From assembly GCA_019248265.1 (NCBI GenBank), contig JAEHGX010000003.1, positions 32,617 to 96,616 of the forward strand: a stretch of DNA of 64,000 nucleotides. Direction: 5' to 3'. The DNA comes from Candidatus Falkowbacteria bacterium S5_I03. Its GTDB lineage: Bacteria > Patescibacteriota > Patescibacteriia > Patescibacteriales > UBA12465. Below the pieces are notes generated by a model. It did no database searches. It was not told the DNA's origin and worked only from the letters and a program-made list of their open reading frames with translations. Position 1 is the first letter of the stretch. Each line of letters begins with the position of its first letter. Positions 9,601 to 17,545 of this stretch are shown in pieces. The translations under genes and the position numbers were made by a program.

Positions 9601-12600
9601 ATCTTCTTTTGTACTACTATCTGGCGCTTCTGCAACTTCAACTTCTTTTTGATCTTTAATCTTAGGAAGAACTTCCTGTAAAGCTTTCCATCTTTCTTCG
9701 TTTTCTACTTCAACTTCAAAGCCAGTTACATCCATTCCTTGAGCCAATGTTCTATATGAATCTATTAATCTACCTTCTGATATCTCTTGCCCTGAGTTTG
9801 TAATAGCCATATAATTTTCATAATCTTTAATATCTGATGCATATTTTTGTTTATCTTCTTTAGACATTTTAGCTATTTGTTTTTTAGTTAGCTTTCCATC
9901 ATATAAAAACACTCCACCTTTAGATAACCATAATTTCATTTTTTCGAACGACATAATAGGTAATTGCAATAGTTTCAATATGAATCCACTTGTAATAGCA
10001 TCAAACTCTACAGATAATGATACTTCAAATGGTCTTTCACCATTTCCAGCTTTTTTATAAGCTCTAACTGCATTTAATCCTTGAAAGAAATGACCTAAGT
10101 GTTCAATCTCTACTTCATATTTTTTACCATCTTTTTTTATCTCAGCTTTATGCTTTTTATCTGTCAAAGCGCCAGTTAGTGTCTCTTCAGATTGTTCAAG
10201 AACAGCATCTGCAAAGTCATATATCTCTTGAGGTGTTTTCTTGTCTATTCCAAATCCAAACGCTTGAGCTATAGCAGTTTTAAAGTATTCTTGTTGTTTA
10301 TTTTTTTCAGCATCTGGACTATTGAAATCCATAATTTGTCTATGAGCTTTTAATGTAACAAGGAATCTATGTAACTTATCTGTCTGAGGATTTACAGTAA
10401 CTGAATCCATATAGAATCTTCCATTTTTACCAAAGAAATATTCAAAATACATCTCATTAGCTTCAGTAGCATCTTTACCAGCTACTTTATCATGCAATGA
10501 TATCAAATTATCATAACTTTCTTCAATCTCTCTATTTCTAGCTTCTGCACTTTCTCTATCATCGAATGCCATTTTCTCTAAATCATCTTCAGTTTTAAAT
10601 CCCATTATTGATAATGTTTGAGATCTATCTCTTTTCTCAAGCATCAAATCTACTGCTTCACTATTAACTTCATACGCTTCTTGTCTAATTTTATTTAATA
10701 CTTTAAAAGACTCATTAGCAGCTTTATTAACTTTACTATTTTTAACTTTATTATTCTTATCTTCTAATGTTTTAGGTTTTGTGAACATCGGACCTTTTGA
10801 ATTCTTCTCTAGCGCCAGTATTGATTGAACCATATCAACTTTTGCTAGAACTTCAGCTTTTAATACACTCATATCTGTTTTTTCTTTAACACTATATTTT
10901 TTACCAATAGCTGGTTTTTTTAATTGAACCATTGGAATTCTTTTAGATTTGCTGTCTTTATCTGTAGTTAAATCATTGAATTCTTTAGCTGCTTCTGCAT
11001 CTATTTCTTCTTGAGTTTTTGAGTTTTCATCTTCTATAAAATTACCATATTTATCTTTTTTTCTATTATCTATTCCAAGAGCTTTAGTATATGTATCAAT
11101 AGGAATAGTTGATTTGTTTAATGGCTCTATATATTCTTTTGCTTGCATATATAGCAATACCATTTGACCAGCATCTGATAACATCTTTGCATACAGTTCT
11201 GAATCTACACCTTCATATACTACTTTTTCACTACCATCTGCATTTTTACCAACTATCTTACTAGCTGGCGCTAATGATAAATTACTAAATGCAGCTTTAC
11301 CAAGATTATCAGCTATAAGCTTTTTAAATAAACCTTCATGTGCAAACGCTTTTTGAATATCAGGACTAACTTCATGTGGTTGTTTACCAAGCATAGCAGC
11401 AATAGCATCTTTATCATTATAAGCTAACTTAGAACTCATAAATGCATAATACTCATCTCCAGCTAACGCAAGAGCTACAGCTACATTTTCGTTAATTTCA
11501 GCCACACCATTGTCTGTCAACCTAAACAATAAACCTCTAAATAAACTATCTTTTGCTTTAAATTTTCTATTTGCTATATCATCATTAGGATCCGAAAGCA
11601 TCTTTTTGAATATGTCTACTGCATCGTCTTTGTATTTTAATATTTCTTTATTGTTAGTTATTTCACTTATAGGCATTCCTGATAATCTATTTTTTCCAAC
11701 TTTTGATGGTTGAACTATTTCGCTTACTCTAACTCTCTGGTATGCTCCACCATCTACTGAAACGGCATTCATATTTGATGATGTATTGTCTATAATATCT
11801 TTAATATAATCAGTACCAGTTAATTTATCTTGTAATAATTTAATCTCTTCTCTTATCTTGTCTCTATTTACTTTATTGCTTGTAGCTAATCTTTCAAACT
11901 GTGTAAACTTATCTTTCAGTTGAGAACCTGAATATTTCTTTCTAGCTTCATCACTATTTAAATATGCATATGCTCCTTTTTGAACTGCATAATCATATTT
12001 AATTTTATATTTTAATTCTTCAATTTTACTTTCTATAGCTTTTATTGCTTCAGATTTTTCAATTTTTTTACTTTCCAAAGCGCCAGTGTTAGAGTCTATA
12101 TCAAAATCTGAATATGTAATCTCAAAGTTGTCATTGAACTCTTTTATGTCATTCATTGTATCTTTATAGTTTATAGCACCACTTATATCTGTATCTCCAT
12201 AATCTATATCAGCATATGTTATTTCACCATTATCAGCAGGTTCTTTGTATGTTATAGGTTCCTTCTCTGCCGGCGCTTTGTTGATATCCTTAGGTTTCTC
12301 TTTTGGTAACATATCAAAATCAATATCACTTATATTCGAATCACCTATATTTTCATCGGACTTAATTTCTTCATCTGAATATGTTATTTTTTCATCTTTG
12401 TATGTAATATCTTCTAAACTTTTATCTACTGGCGCTTTATAAGTTATATCCTCTGGTGGCTTCTTGTCAACAGGAGGTTTTTTATCTTCTGGTTTTTTAA
12501 CTGTATTATCAATGTCAATATCATCTTTTTTATCAAGACTTGCTAATGTTATTCTATTTTTTTTATCTTGCTTAATTAATGTTTTAATTTCTTCAGGTAA

Positions 12601-15462
12601 ACCTTTAAGTTCATTATCATTAATAGTTTTACCAGTGTAGCTTGGCAACACTTTTTTAATAGCAACACTTGCTTTGTTTATTTCATTTAAAAGATTTTTT
12701 CTTTCATTTATTTTTGTAGATGATGATTCACTTGATCTTTTAAATCCTTCAATCTTTTGAGAAACTTCTTTAGCTGTTAATTCTGCAGCCTTAGCCATAG
12801 CGCCAGCTTCTTTTGCTACAGCACTTCTTATGCCGTATATTCCACCAGTTTTAACATCTTTGCCTAAGTTTTCATAAACATTTCTATAGTTTATTTCAAA
12901 TGTTTTACCTGATGGATATGTAAATTTCTCAGAATCAGCATTTATTCCTTTTATGTTTCCTTTAACTTTGCCGCCATTTAACTTGATATTTTTTCTTACT
13001 TCGGCTTCAACTTTAGCTATTGCTTTATCTAATGCTGATAATTTATTTTGTTGTGATTCTACAAACTTATCCATTTTTGATAGATTTTCATCTATCTTTT
13101 CTAAATTTTCTTCATTTATAGCATCTTCAACATTTTGTCTATATGTTAGATATCCTCTAGCGCCAGTTGATACTTCTTTTGATACATCGTTAATACTTTT
13201 TCTAATTTCTGATACAGCTACATATTCATCTTTGATGTCTTGTAGGGTTTCTTCATCTAATCCAGCATCTTTACCAGCTTTCATATAGTTTTTAACTATT
13301 AATTCGTCATTGAAATCTATCTCTCCAACAGCATTTCCTTCTTCATCTGTAATATCAAGCATTCTCTTGAACTTCTCTTTATTCTGCGGATCTGAAGCCA
13401 AGCTTTGCATTCTTGATGTGTTACCATTTTTAAGAACATCATCTCTTCTAGAAGCCATTAATGCAGTCAAGGCTCTATTGTTTGCTAAGACCTTACCGTA
13501 GATGATATCCTGTGTTTCTTCATCTATATTTTTACTTTTTGATGCATATAGTGATGCTTCTTTGATATCATCAAGCATTGAATCAACTTCTGAATCGGTT
13601 ATGTCTCCAGCAGTTATTCTAGCAGTAATATTATCCATTTTTGTATTATAGTTTGCAACATTTACTTTGGCAGCTTCAGCGTCTTCTTTAGCTACTATTT
13701 CATTTGGATTATCCATAACTATGTCTGATGTCTTATTCTTAATCTCTTTAGCTTTATTAACAGCTGAATCTTTTAATCCACCAAACTTTTCACCAATACT
13801 TTTTGAAGATTCAAATACAGCTTTAGGTAATATCTCAATTGCTGCAGCACCAGTTACGTCTCCAGCTACCCCAGCACCATATGCCTGGAACATCTTTCTA
13901 AATGTTTCATCTTCCAATAATTTTTCTTGCTCATCTGTTCCATATAATGCACCAAATTCTTCAATACCAGTCTGAATTGCTTCTGTAGTACCTCCAATAG
14001 CAACACCTTTTCCGATAGCTTCTCCAGTTTTTTTAGCAATAGTTTTCAATACTGTTTCAGTTGCTTCTTTGTTTTCACTTTTTAAAGCGCCAGATATTAA
14101 GTTATTTATAAACTGTGGTTTTGTAAATATTACTTTATCTGCAACTTTTTCTACTACAGCTGCTCCTAAAGCTAGTGGCATAATAGCCATTCTTTCTGCA
14201 TTTGATATATTTTCAACGCCACCAACAACTTTTGCTCTTTCCTCAAGTATATCATTTTGGAATATTGATGCAACAGCTATATAGCCTTTTTTAGACATTG
14301 ATGCAGCTATATATGCAGCACTTTCAGCTAAAAAAGGTAATCCAGCATTATAAACTCCTTCTATAACAGAAGAAGCCATATCTACAGCATCTCCTGAATC
14401 ATAAGCTTCTCCTAGCCTATTCATAGCTTTTTCTGTAGCTTCACCTTTGTATCCATATGTTTCTTTTTCTTTGTATTTGTCTAATAATTTAAAGTCCATA
14501 TTTTCATCAAACCAAGCTTTACTATTAGGCATATCTTCTTTCATGTATTTTACTGCTTCTTTTTCTGGCATATCTTTTATGCCTTTTGTTAGCTCAAGAG
14601 CTATTCTTCCAGCAGCATCAACAACAGCATCTCCGACATTTGCAGCAAATGATCCACCAGCATATTGTAATGCATCTGTTATTGTATCTTCTCCTGGCAT
14701 CTGTATGTTTTTACCATCAGTTGTTCCGTATTTTGAAGATATATTCTCCAACGCATCTTTAGCAGCAACTTGTTCAAATTTAGGCTTCTCATATCCTATA
14801 GACTCACCAATACCTTCCTTTGTATCTTTATTTCTAACATCTGTTAATGGTCTTCCAAAATGACCAAATTTTCCAGTATTTAATCTTTCAACTTCTATAT
14901 TTAATGGATATTCTTTGCTTCCAAGCTCAAGAGGTGTATTTTCATTTATAAAGTCTAATGGTCCAGGAGTCCATTCAGCTTTTTCACCAGGAATCATATT
15001 ATATAGCGCCATAAGCTTTTGCTCTGTTCCTTTTTGATATATCATATCATCTGTAACTTCATTTGGGTTTAAACCTAATTCTGATGCTAATCTAGCTCTT
15101 TGCATATCAAATTTTTTCTTTCCAGATTCAGTATTTTTATAATTATCACCAGGATGAGGAACTTCATATGCATCAAATCCTTCAATTCTATCTTCTGTTT
15201 CTTTTCCAGTTAAATCATATCTTTTACCAGTTAATTTATCTACTCCACCAAGACCACCAGTTGTTCCAATGAATTGAGGGCTATCTGCATCAGTCATACT
15301 CTCAAGCATAGTTGGAGTCCATACATTTAGGTTGTTTTGTGTTAAGTTTGTTTGTTGATTTTGTTGTTTAGTATCAGAATATCCAGAAAGTCTATCCTGT
15401 TTTTCTATTGTTTTATCACTTAGCGCCAGTATTTTATCTTCAAGTATTCCCATTGGGCACAT
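6658..15462 (-). CDS. N4-like virion-packaged RNA polymerase (vRNAP), 2,934 aa
   Basis: The T7-like motifs occur in the correct order. KNGRFY matches the xxGRxY motif. Motif A is VEFDAITSGF (D1821, 10000-10002). Motif B is RSLFKDPFMTFGYAA, which has exact R-x3-K-x7-Y spacing (K1978, 9529-9531). Motif C is GVLGVHDAKL (D2250, 8713-8715). The true start is probably the second ATG at 15453, because AAGGA lies 8 nt upstream of it. Confidence 0.8.
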   Translation of the reverse strand: MCPMGILEDKILALSDKTIEKQDRLSGYSDTKQQNQQTNLTQNNLNVWTPTMLESMTDADSPQFIGTTGGLGGVDKLTGKRYDLTGKETEDRIEGFDAYEVPHPGDNYKNTESGKKKFDMQRARLASELGLNPNEVTDDMIYQKGTEQKLMALYNMIPGEKAEWTPGPLDFINENTPLELGSKEYPLNIEVERLNTGKFGHFGRPLTDVRNKDTKEGIGESIGYEKPKFEQVAAKDALENISSKYGTTDGKNIQMPGEDTITDALQYAGGSFAANVGDAVVDAAGRIALELTKGIKDMPEKEAVKYMKEDMPNSKAWFDENMDFKLLDKYKEKETYGYKGEATEKAMNRLGEAYDSGDAVDMASSVIEGVYNAGLPFLAESAAYIAASMSKKGYIAVASIFQNDILEERAKVVGGVENISNAERMAIMPLALGAAVVEKVADKVIFTKPQFINNLISGALKSENKEATETVLKTIAKKTGEAIGKGVAIGGTTEAIQTGIEEFGALYGTDEQEKLLEDETFRKMFQAYGAGVAGDVTGAAAIEILPKAVFESSKSIGEKFGGLKDSAVNKAKEIKNKTSDIVMDNPNEIVAKEDAEAAKVNVANYNTKMDNITARITAGDITDSEVDSMLDDIKEASLYASKSKNIDEETQDIIYGKVLANNRALTALMASRRDDVLKNGNTSRMQSLASDPQNKEKFKRMLDITDEEGNAVGEIDFNDELIVKNYMKAGKDAGLDEETLQDIKDEYVAVSEIRKSINDVSKEVSTGARGYLTYRQNVEDAINEENLEKIDENLSKMDKFVESQQNKLSALDKAIAKVEAEVRKNIKLNGGKVKGNIKGINADSEKFTYPSGKTFEINYRNVYENLGKDVKTGGIYGIRSAVAKEAGAMAKAAELTAKEVSQKIEGFKRSSESSSTKINERKNLLNEINKASVAIKKVLPSYTGKTINDNELKGLPEEIKTLIKQDKKNRITLASLDKKDDIDIDNTVKKPEDKKPPVDKKPPEDITYKAPVDKSLEDITYKDEKITYSDEEIKSDENIGDSNISDIDFDMLPKEKPKDINKAPAEKEPITYKEPADNGEITYADIDYGDTDISGAINYKDTMNDIKEFNDNFEITYSDFDIDSNTGALESKKIEKSEAIKAIESKIEELKYKIKYDYAVQKGAYAYLNSDEARKKYSGSQLKDKFTQFERLATSNKVNRDKIREEIKLLQDKLTGTDYIKDIIDNTSSNMNAVSVDGGAYQRVRVSEIVQPSKVGKNRLSGMPISEITNNKEILKYKDDAVDIFKKMLSDPNDDIANRKFKAKDSLFRGLLFRLTDNGVAEINENVAVALALAGDEYYAFMSSKLAYNDKDAIAAMLGKQPHEVSPDIQKAFAHEGLFKKLIADNLGKAAFSNLSLAPASKIVGKNADGSEKVVYEGVDSELYAKMLSDAGQMVLLYMQAKEYIEPLNKSTIPIDTYTKALGIDNRKKDKYGNFIEDENSKTQEEIDAEAAKEFNDLTTDKDSKSKRIPMVQLKKPAIGKKYSVKEKTDMSVLKAEVLAKVDMVQSILALEKNSKGPMFTKPKTLEDKNNKVKNSKVNKAANESFKVLNKIRQEAYEVNSEAVDLMLEKRDRSQTLSIMGFKTEDDLEKMAFDDRESAEARNREIEESYDNLISLHDKVAGKDATEANEMYFEYFFGKNGRFYMDSVTVNPQTDKLHRFLVTLKAHRQIMDFNSPDAEKNKQQEYFKTAIAQAFGFGIDKKTPQEIYDFADAVLEQSEETLTGALTDKKHKAEIKKDGKKYEVEIEHLGHFFQGLNAVRAYKKAGNGERPFEVSLSVEFDAITSGFILKLLQLPIMSFEKMKLWLSKGGVFLYDGKLTKKQIAKMSKEDKQKYASDIKDYENYMAITNSGQEISEGRLIDSYRTLAQGMDVTGFEVEVENEERWKALQEVLPKIKDQKEVEVAEAPDSSTKEDEDGEDRLKTEIIDIVTSEGRSLFKDPFMTFGYAAAIKSIKRHLGYKMISGLPKMMLDDSSPEAVKKANKFINSIHGKELEEKEIKAFKETLKNTAFEDIQINNYVTVKDKTGKEMKVKSGKVAIAGKLREIVEMTYGSNVEQILTAEFGELIEANNRINNSFKIMFQAWKVAYDARVEKVSGGKGLTADQENKILDELKVLFPMIKAPLAGENYMEDGETVAIFSTGLTNAKSGYGPTQTHVNPDKFGGQKTLTVQSMIREFQAAISAGAVVPIHYIDGSAMTKSLEEGGVLGVHDAKLTGINNAQDEIIKYNKDVYEISKDYSLAKEILKSLERVRDNAKKLGVDLDKLEGLRSGKNKPVKRFDSILDEMRELNEVAESGRKLVYGSNAKIGHMAGLDGSMYEIKGGKVVEPEDRTKLTIKAPDKKESVKKETKPVEIVSETSMLNGLKNGKIQFKNPASKNSPYQKEIKTYEEFKQLASEYADMTKSKNIDAKESKYIDGLFEMFGKNGIKFNPITIVFKQDKEVDGYGMHSAYTSGKKLLTFPSTKDFGIENTQRVMLHEYAHAITVYAMKQNKALDKKANELRNYVYKNSTVEQRKQYGLSDKKGEAYEFVAEAISNPSFQEFLSGFESVSSNKSLFEDVKNLFKAILRFVDQDDGSKSALTDALEIVLELNGYVAKENAVNDTKVNSVQQVLEQYKKDENIEKENAKLLEYIQDNVKFEMNYSKQLAYDFFTGEGIAGNYDWKDNVVTIADFDGLRNDKEMMKMLSIEQVNQDTGALDIKAASTQINMIIDEVNKRNIDFTTKLHESVHAAVYNYMRSEKGKTYSEEMTRLYEVVKQAAEANPEMFTTNKSYWAKDVDEFLAEALSKPELIKDLMKIDVEGNLITGAEKSMFEKIIDMVVEALGLSTKEDKLNMHKYLLDSFKTAVEANKDGKEYISNKAPDKEVELNKKIYKTINEEDIMQAKDIMLKNKEECR

Positions 15463-15510
15463 CCTTAATTTCTATATTTGATTTATTATATCTAATATAT
15501 TATTAAGGAT
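15461..15510 (-). promoter_or_regulatory. hairpin that would sequester the vRNAP ribosome-binding site
   Basis: The 9-bp inverted repeat ATCCTTAAT (15461-15469) / ATTAAGGAT (15502-15510) has a 32-nt AT-rich loop. On the minus-strand mRNA the 3' arm contains the AAGGA Shine-Dalgarno of the vRNAP gene. Confidence 0.4.
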
Positions 15511-15527
15511 GATTTATTGGTTAGTTT

Positions 15528-16997
15528 TTATTTATATCTTAATTCGTATAAATTGTCATATGCTTGTTTATTTTTTCTGTATTCTGACTCACTAACATCT
15601 CTCTTAAATGCATCTGATTTTGAATTATATGATTCAGCATTTTGATCAACTTTTTTAATAGATGGAGTTCTATTTCCAGTTATCAATTCTTGAGGAACAC
15701 CAGATATAAATCTATCACTTAATACTTCATCTTCTGTTTTTTTAACTGGAGCAATGTCTTTTTGACTAACACTTTCTGGCGCTTTGGAAGTTTTTTCTAC
15801 TTCTTTGAGTTTTTCTTCAATTGCTTTAGTTTCAGTAGGTTTATATAGTACAGGTTTTCCGTTTTCAAAAACAGTAATATATCCCTCTTTTTTTATCAAC
15901 TCTATTCCATCTCCAAGAGGCAATAACTTACCATCTGATGATTTTATTTGAGGACCATACTTATTCATGTCTGAATAATTTAATGTTTTGTCAAATGCAG
16001 TATTTGCTTCTATTTTAGTAATCATGCTATCAACATCATTTGGATTTATTTTTAACATCTTTAACATTTCTAAATTTTCTAAAGCTGTTGAATCATCAAA
16101 CGATCCATAATCTAATACTTTTTCTTCTAGCTTTTTGTATCCAGATGTATAATCTTTATCGGCATCTTTCTTAGCGCCGGTAGTTGAATCATTTTTTCCA
16201 GCATTTGGATTTTTTCCAAACGACCAACCACTTTGAGCCAAAACTCTTTCTTCTTCTGGACTTCTAGTTGTTACAAATGAACCAGTTTTTGGATCTGTGT
16301 ATACTTGACCTTTATATTTAGGCTCTCCAGACATTCTTGCTTTCATAAGATTTAAATTATATTCTTTTTCTCTCCATCTTATGTCTTCAGCTCTGTCTAG
16401 CCTATCATTAGCTAGTTTTTCTTTATTTAATCTTGCGTTATATAATGCATTTGCATCTACATTTGTTGCATTGGAAGCATTTGAAGCCCATTGTTGACCA
16501 CTTAATCCTGTTCCAGTTTTTAAATATTCATCAAGCTGATTTTGAGCATCTATTTTATCTTGACCTTCAAGATTAGCTATTCCAGCTCTAGCAGCATTTA
16601 CTTCACCAGAAATTTTATTTGCAATAAATGCATCTCTATTTTCTAATAAATTTAATGCATCAGCAGTATTTGATTCTTTTTGTCTCAAGAAATTCTTTTC
16701 AGCTTCTGTTTTTGCAATATTCTCATCATATCTTTTGTCTGTTAGCTCATCTCTTCCTCTAGAATACGCTAATGCTTCAGCTCTTAATGCATCTTCTCTA
16801 TCTAATCTATCCTTGAGCTCATCTTCTTTCGCATATCTTTCTAATCTATCAATTGGAGCATTAAGAGACTTTTGAAATAATTCATTTGCATTTGTTAAAG
16901 CATTTAAAGCGCCAGCTGTATTTGGATTTATATTTCCAAAGTTTGGTCTTAAGTCTGCCATATTATCCAACCTTGCTAGCGCCAGAATATCCAGCAT
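15528..16997 (-). CDS. hypothetical virion-module protein (489 aa, coiled-coil-rich)
   Basis: Long ORF in the structural/ejection block. No motif recognised. Confidence 0.55.
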   Translation of the reverse strand: MLDILALARLDNMADLRPNFGNINPNTAGALNALTNANELFQKSLNAPIDRLERYAKEDELKDRLDREDALRAEALAYSRGRDELTDKRYDENIAKTEAEKNFLRQKESNTADALNLLENRDAFIANKISGEVNAARAGIANLEGQDKIDAQNQLDEYLKTGTGLSGQQWASNASNATNVDANALYNARLNKEKLANDRLDRAEDIRWREKEYNLNLMKARMSGEPKYKGQVYTDPKTGSFVTTRSPEEERVLAQSGWSFGKNPNAGKNDSTTGAKKDADKDYTSGYKKLEEKVLDYGSFDDSTALENLEMLKMLKINPNDVDSMITKIEANTAFDKTLNYSDMNKYGPQIKSSDGKLLPLGDGIELIKKEGYITVFENGKPVLYKPTETKAIEEKLKEVEKTSKAPESVSQKDIAPVKKTEDEVLSDRFISGVPQELITGNRTPSIKKVDQNAESYNSKSDAFKRDVSESEYRKNKQAYDNLYELRYK

Positions 16998-17478
16998 TCA
17001 ATGCAGCTTTATCTTTTTTAAATGTATCATACTGTTCTCTCTTCATAGCCATAATCTCATTTGCTCTTGCGTTCTCTGCTTCCCAAGCTTTCTCTGCTTG
17101 TTTAAGACCTTTTTTTTGATTCATTATCCCATATACATCTGCACCTATTCCAGCTATTGTTCCTAATCCTTTTATTCCACCAATTCCAGATAATGCACTA
17201 TTCGGATCAGAAACTAATGATGATAAACCACCTTCTTCGAGACCTTCTGTGACACCACTTGATTTAATTGCATTAAATTCTGGCGCTGTTAGATTTGTAA
17301 CTGAACCATCTGTTCCAGTATATGTTCCAGCTTTTGTTAGCCAGCTAGGTCTTGAATCAAATAGATTTCCGAATATATCTCCTAATCCATCACTTTTGCT
17401 TGCTGATGGCTTTGAATAGATACTCGAATCAATATATTCACTTGTATCTACAGGCTTTCTACTATAATCAAACTTCAT
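16963..17478 (-). CDS. hypothetical Gly-rich protein (171 aa)
   Basis: ORF overlaps the downstream gene by 35 nt. Contains G-rich segments (GIGGIKGLGTIAGIGA). Confidence 0.5.
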   Translation of the reverse strand: MKFDYSRKPVDTSEYIDSSIYSKPSASKSDGLGDIFGNLFDSRPSWLTKAGTYTGTDGSVTNLTAPEFNAIKSSGVTEGLEEGGLSSLVSDPNSALSGIGGIKGLGTIAGIGADVYGIMNQKKGLKQAEKAWEAENARANEIMAMKREQYDTFKKDKAALNAGYSGASKVG

Positions 17479-17545
17479 GTAATTCTCCTTAAAATATTAA
17501 CTTTATTTTATTTTACTAAACTCTACTATAATATTGCTTATATCT

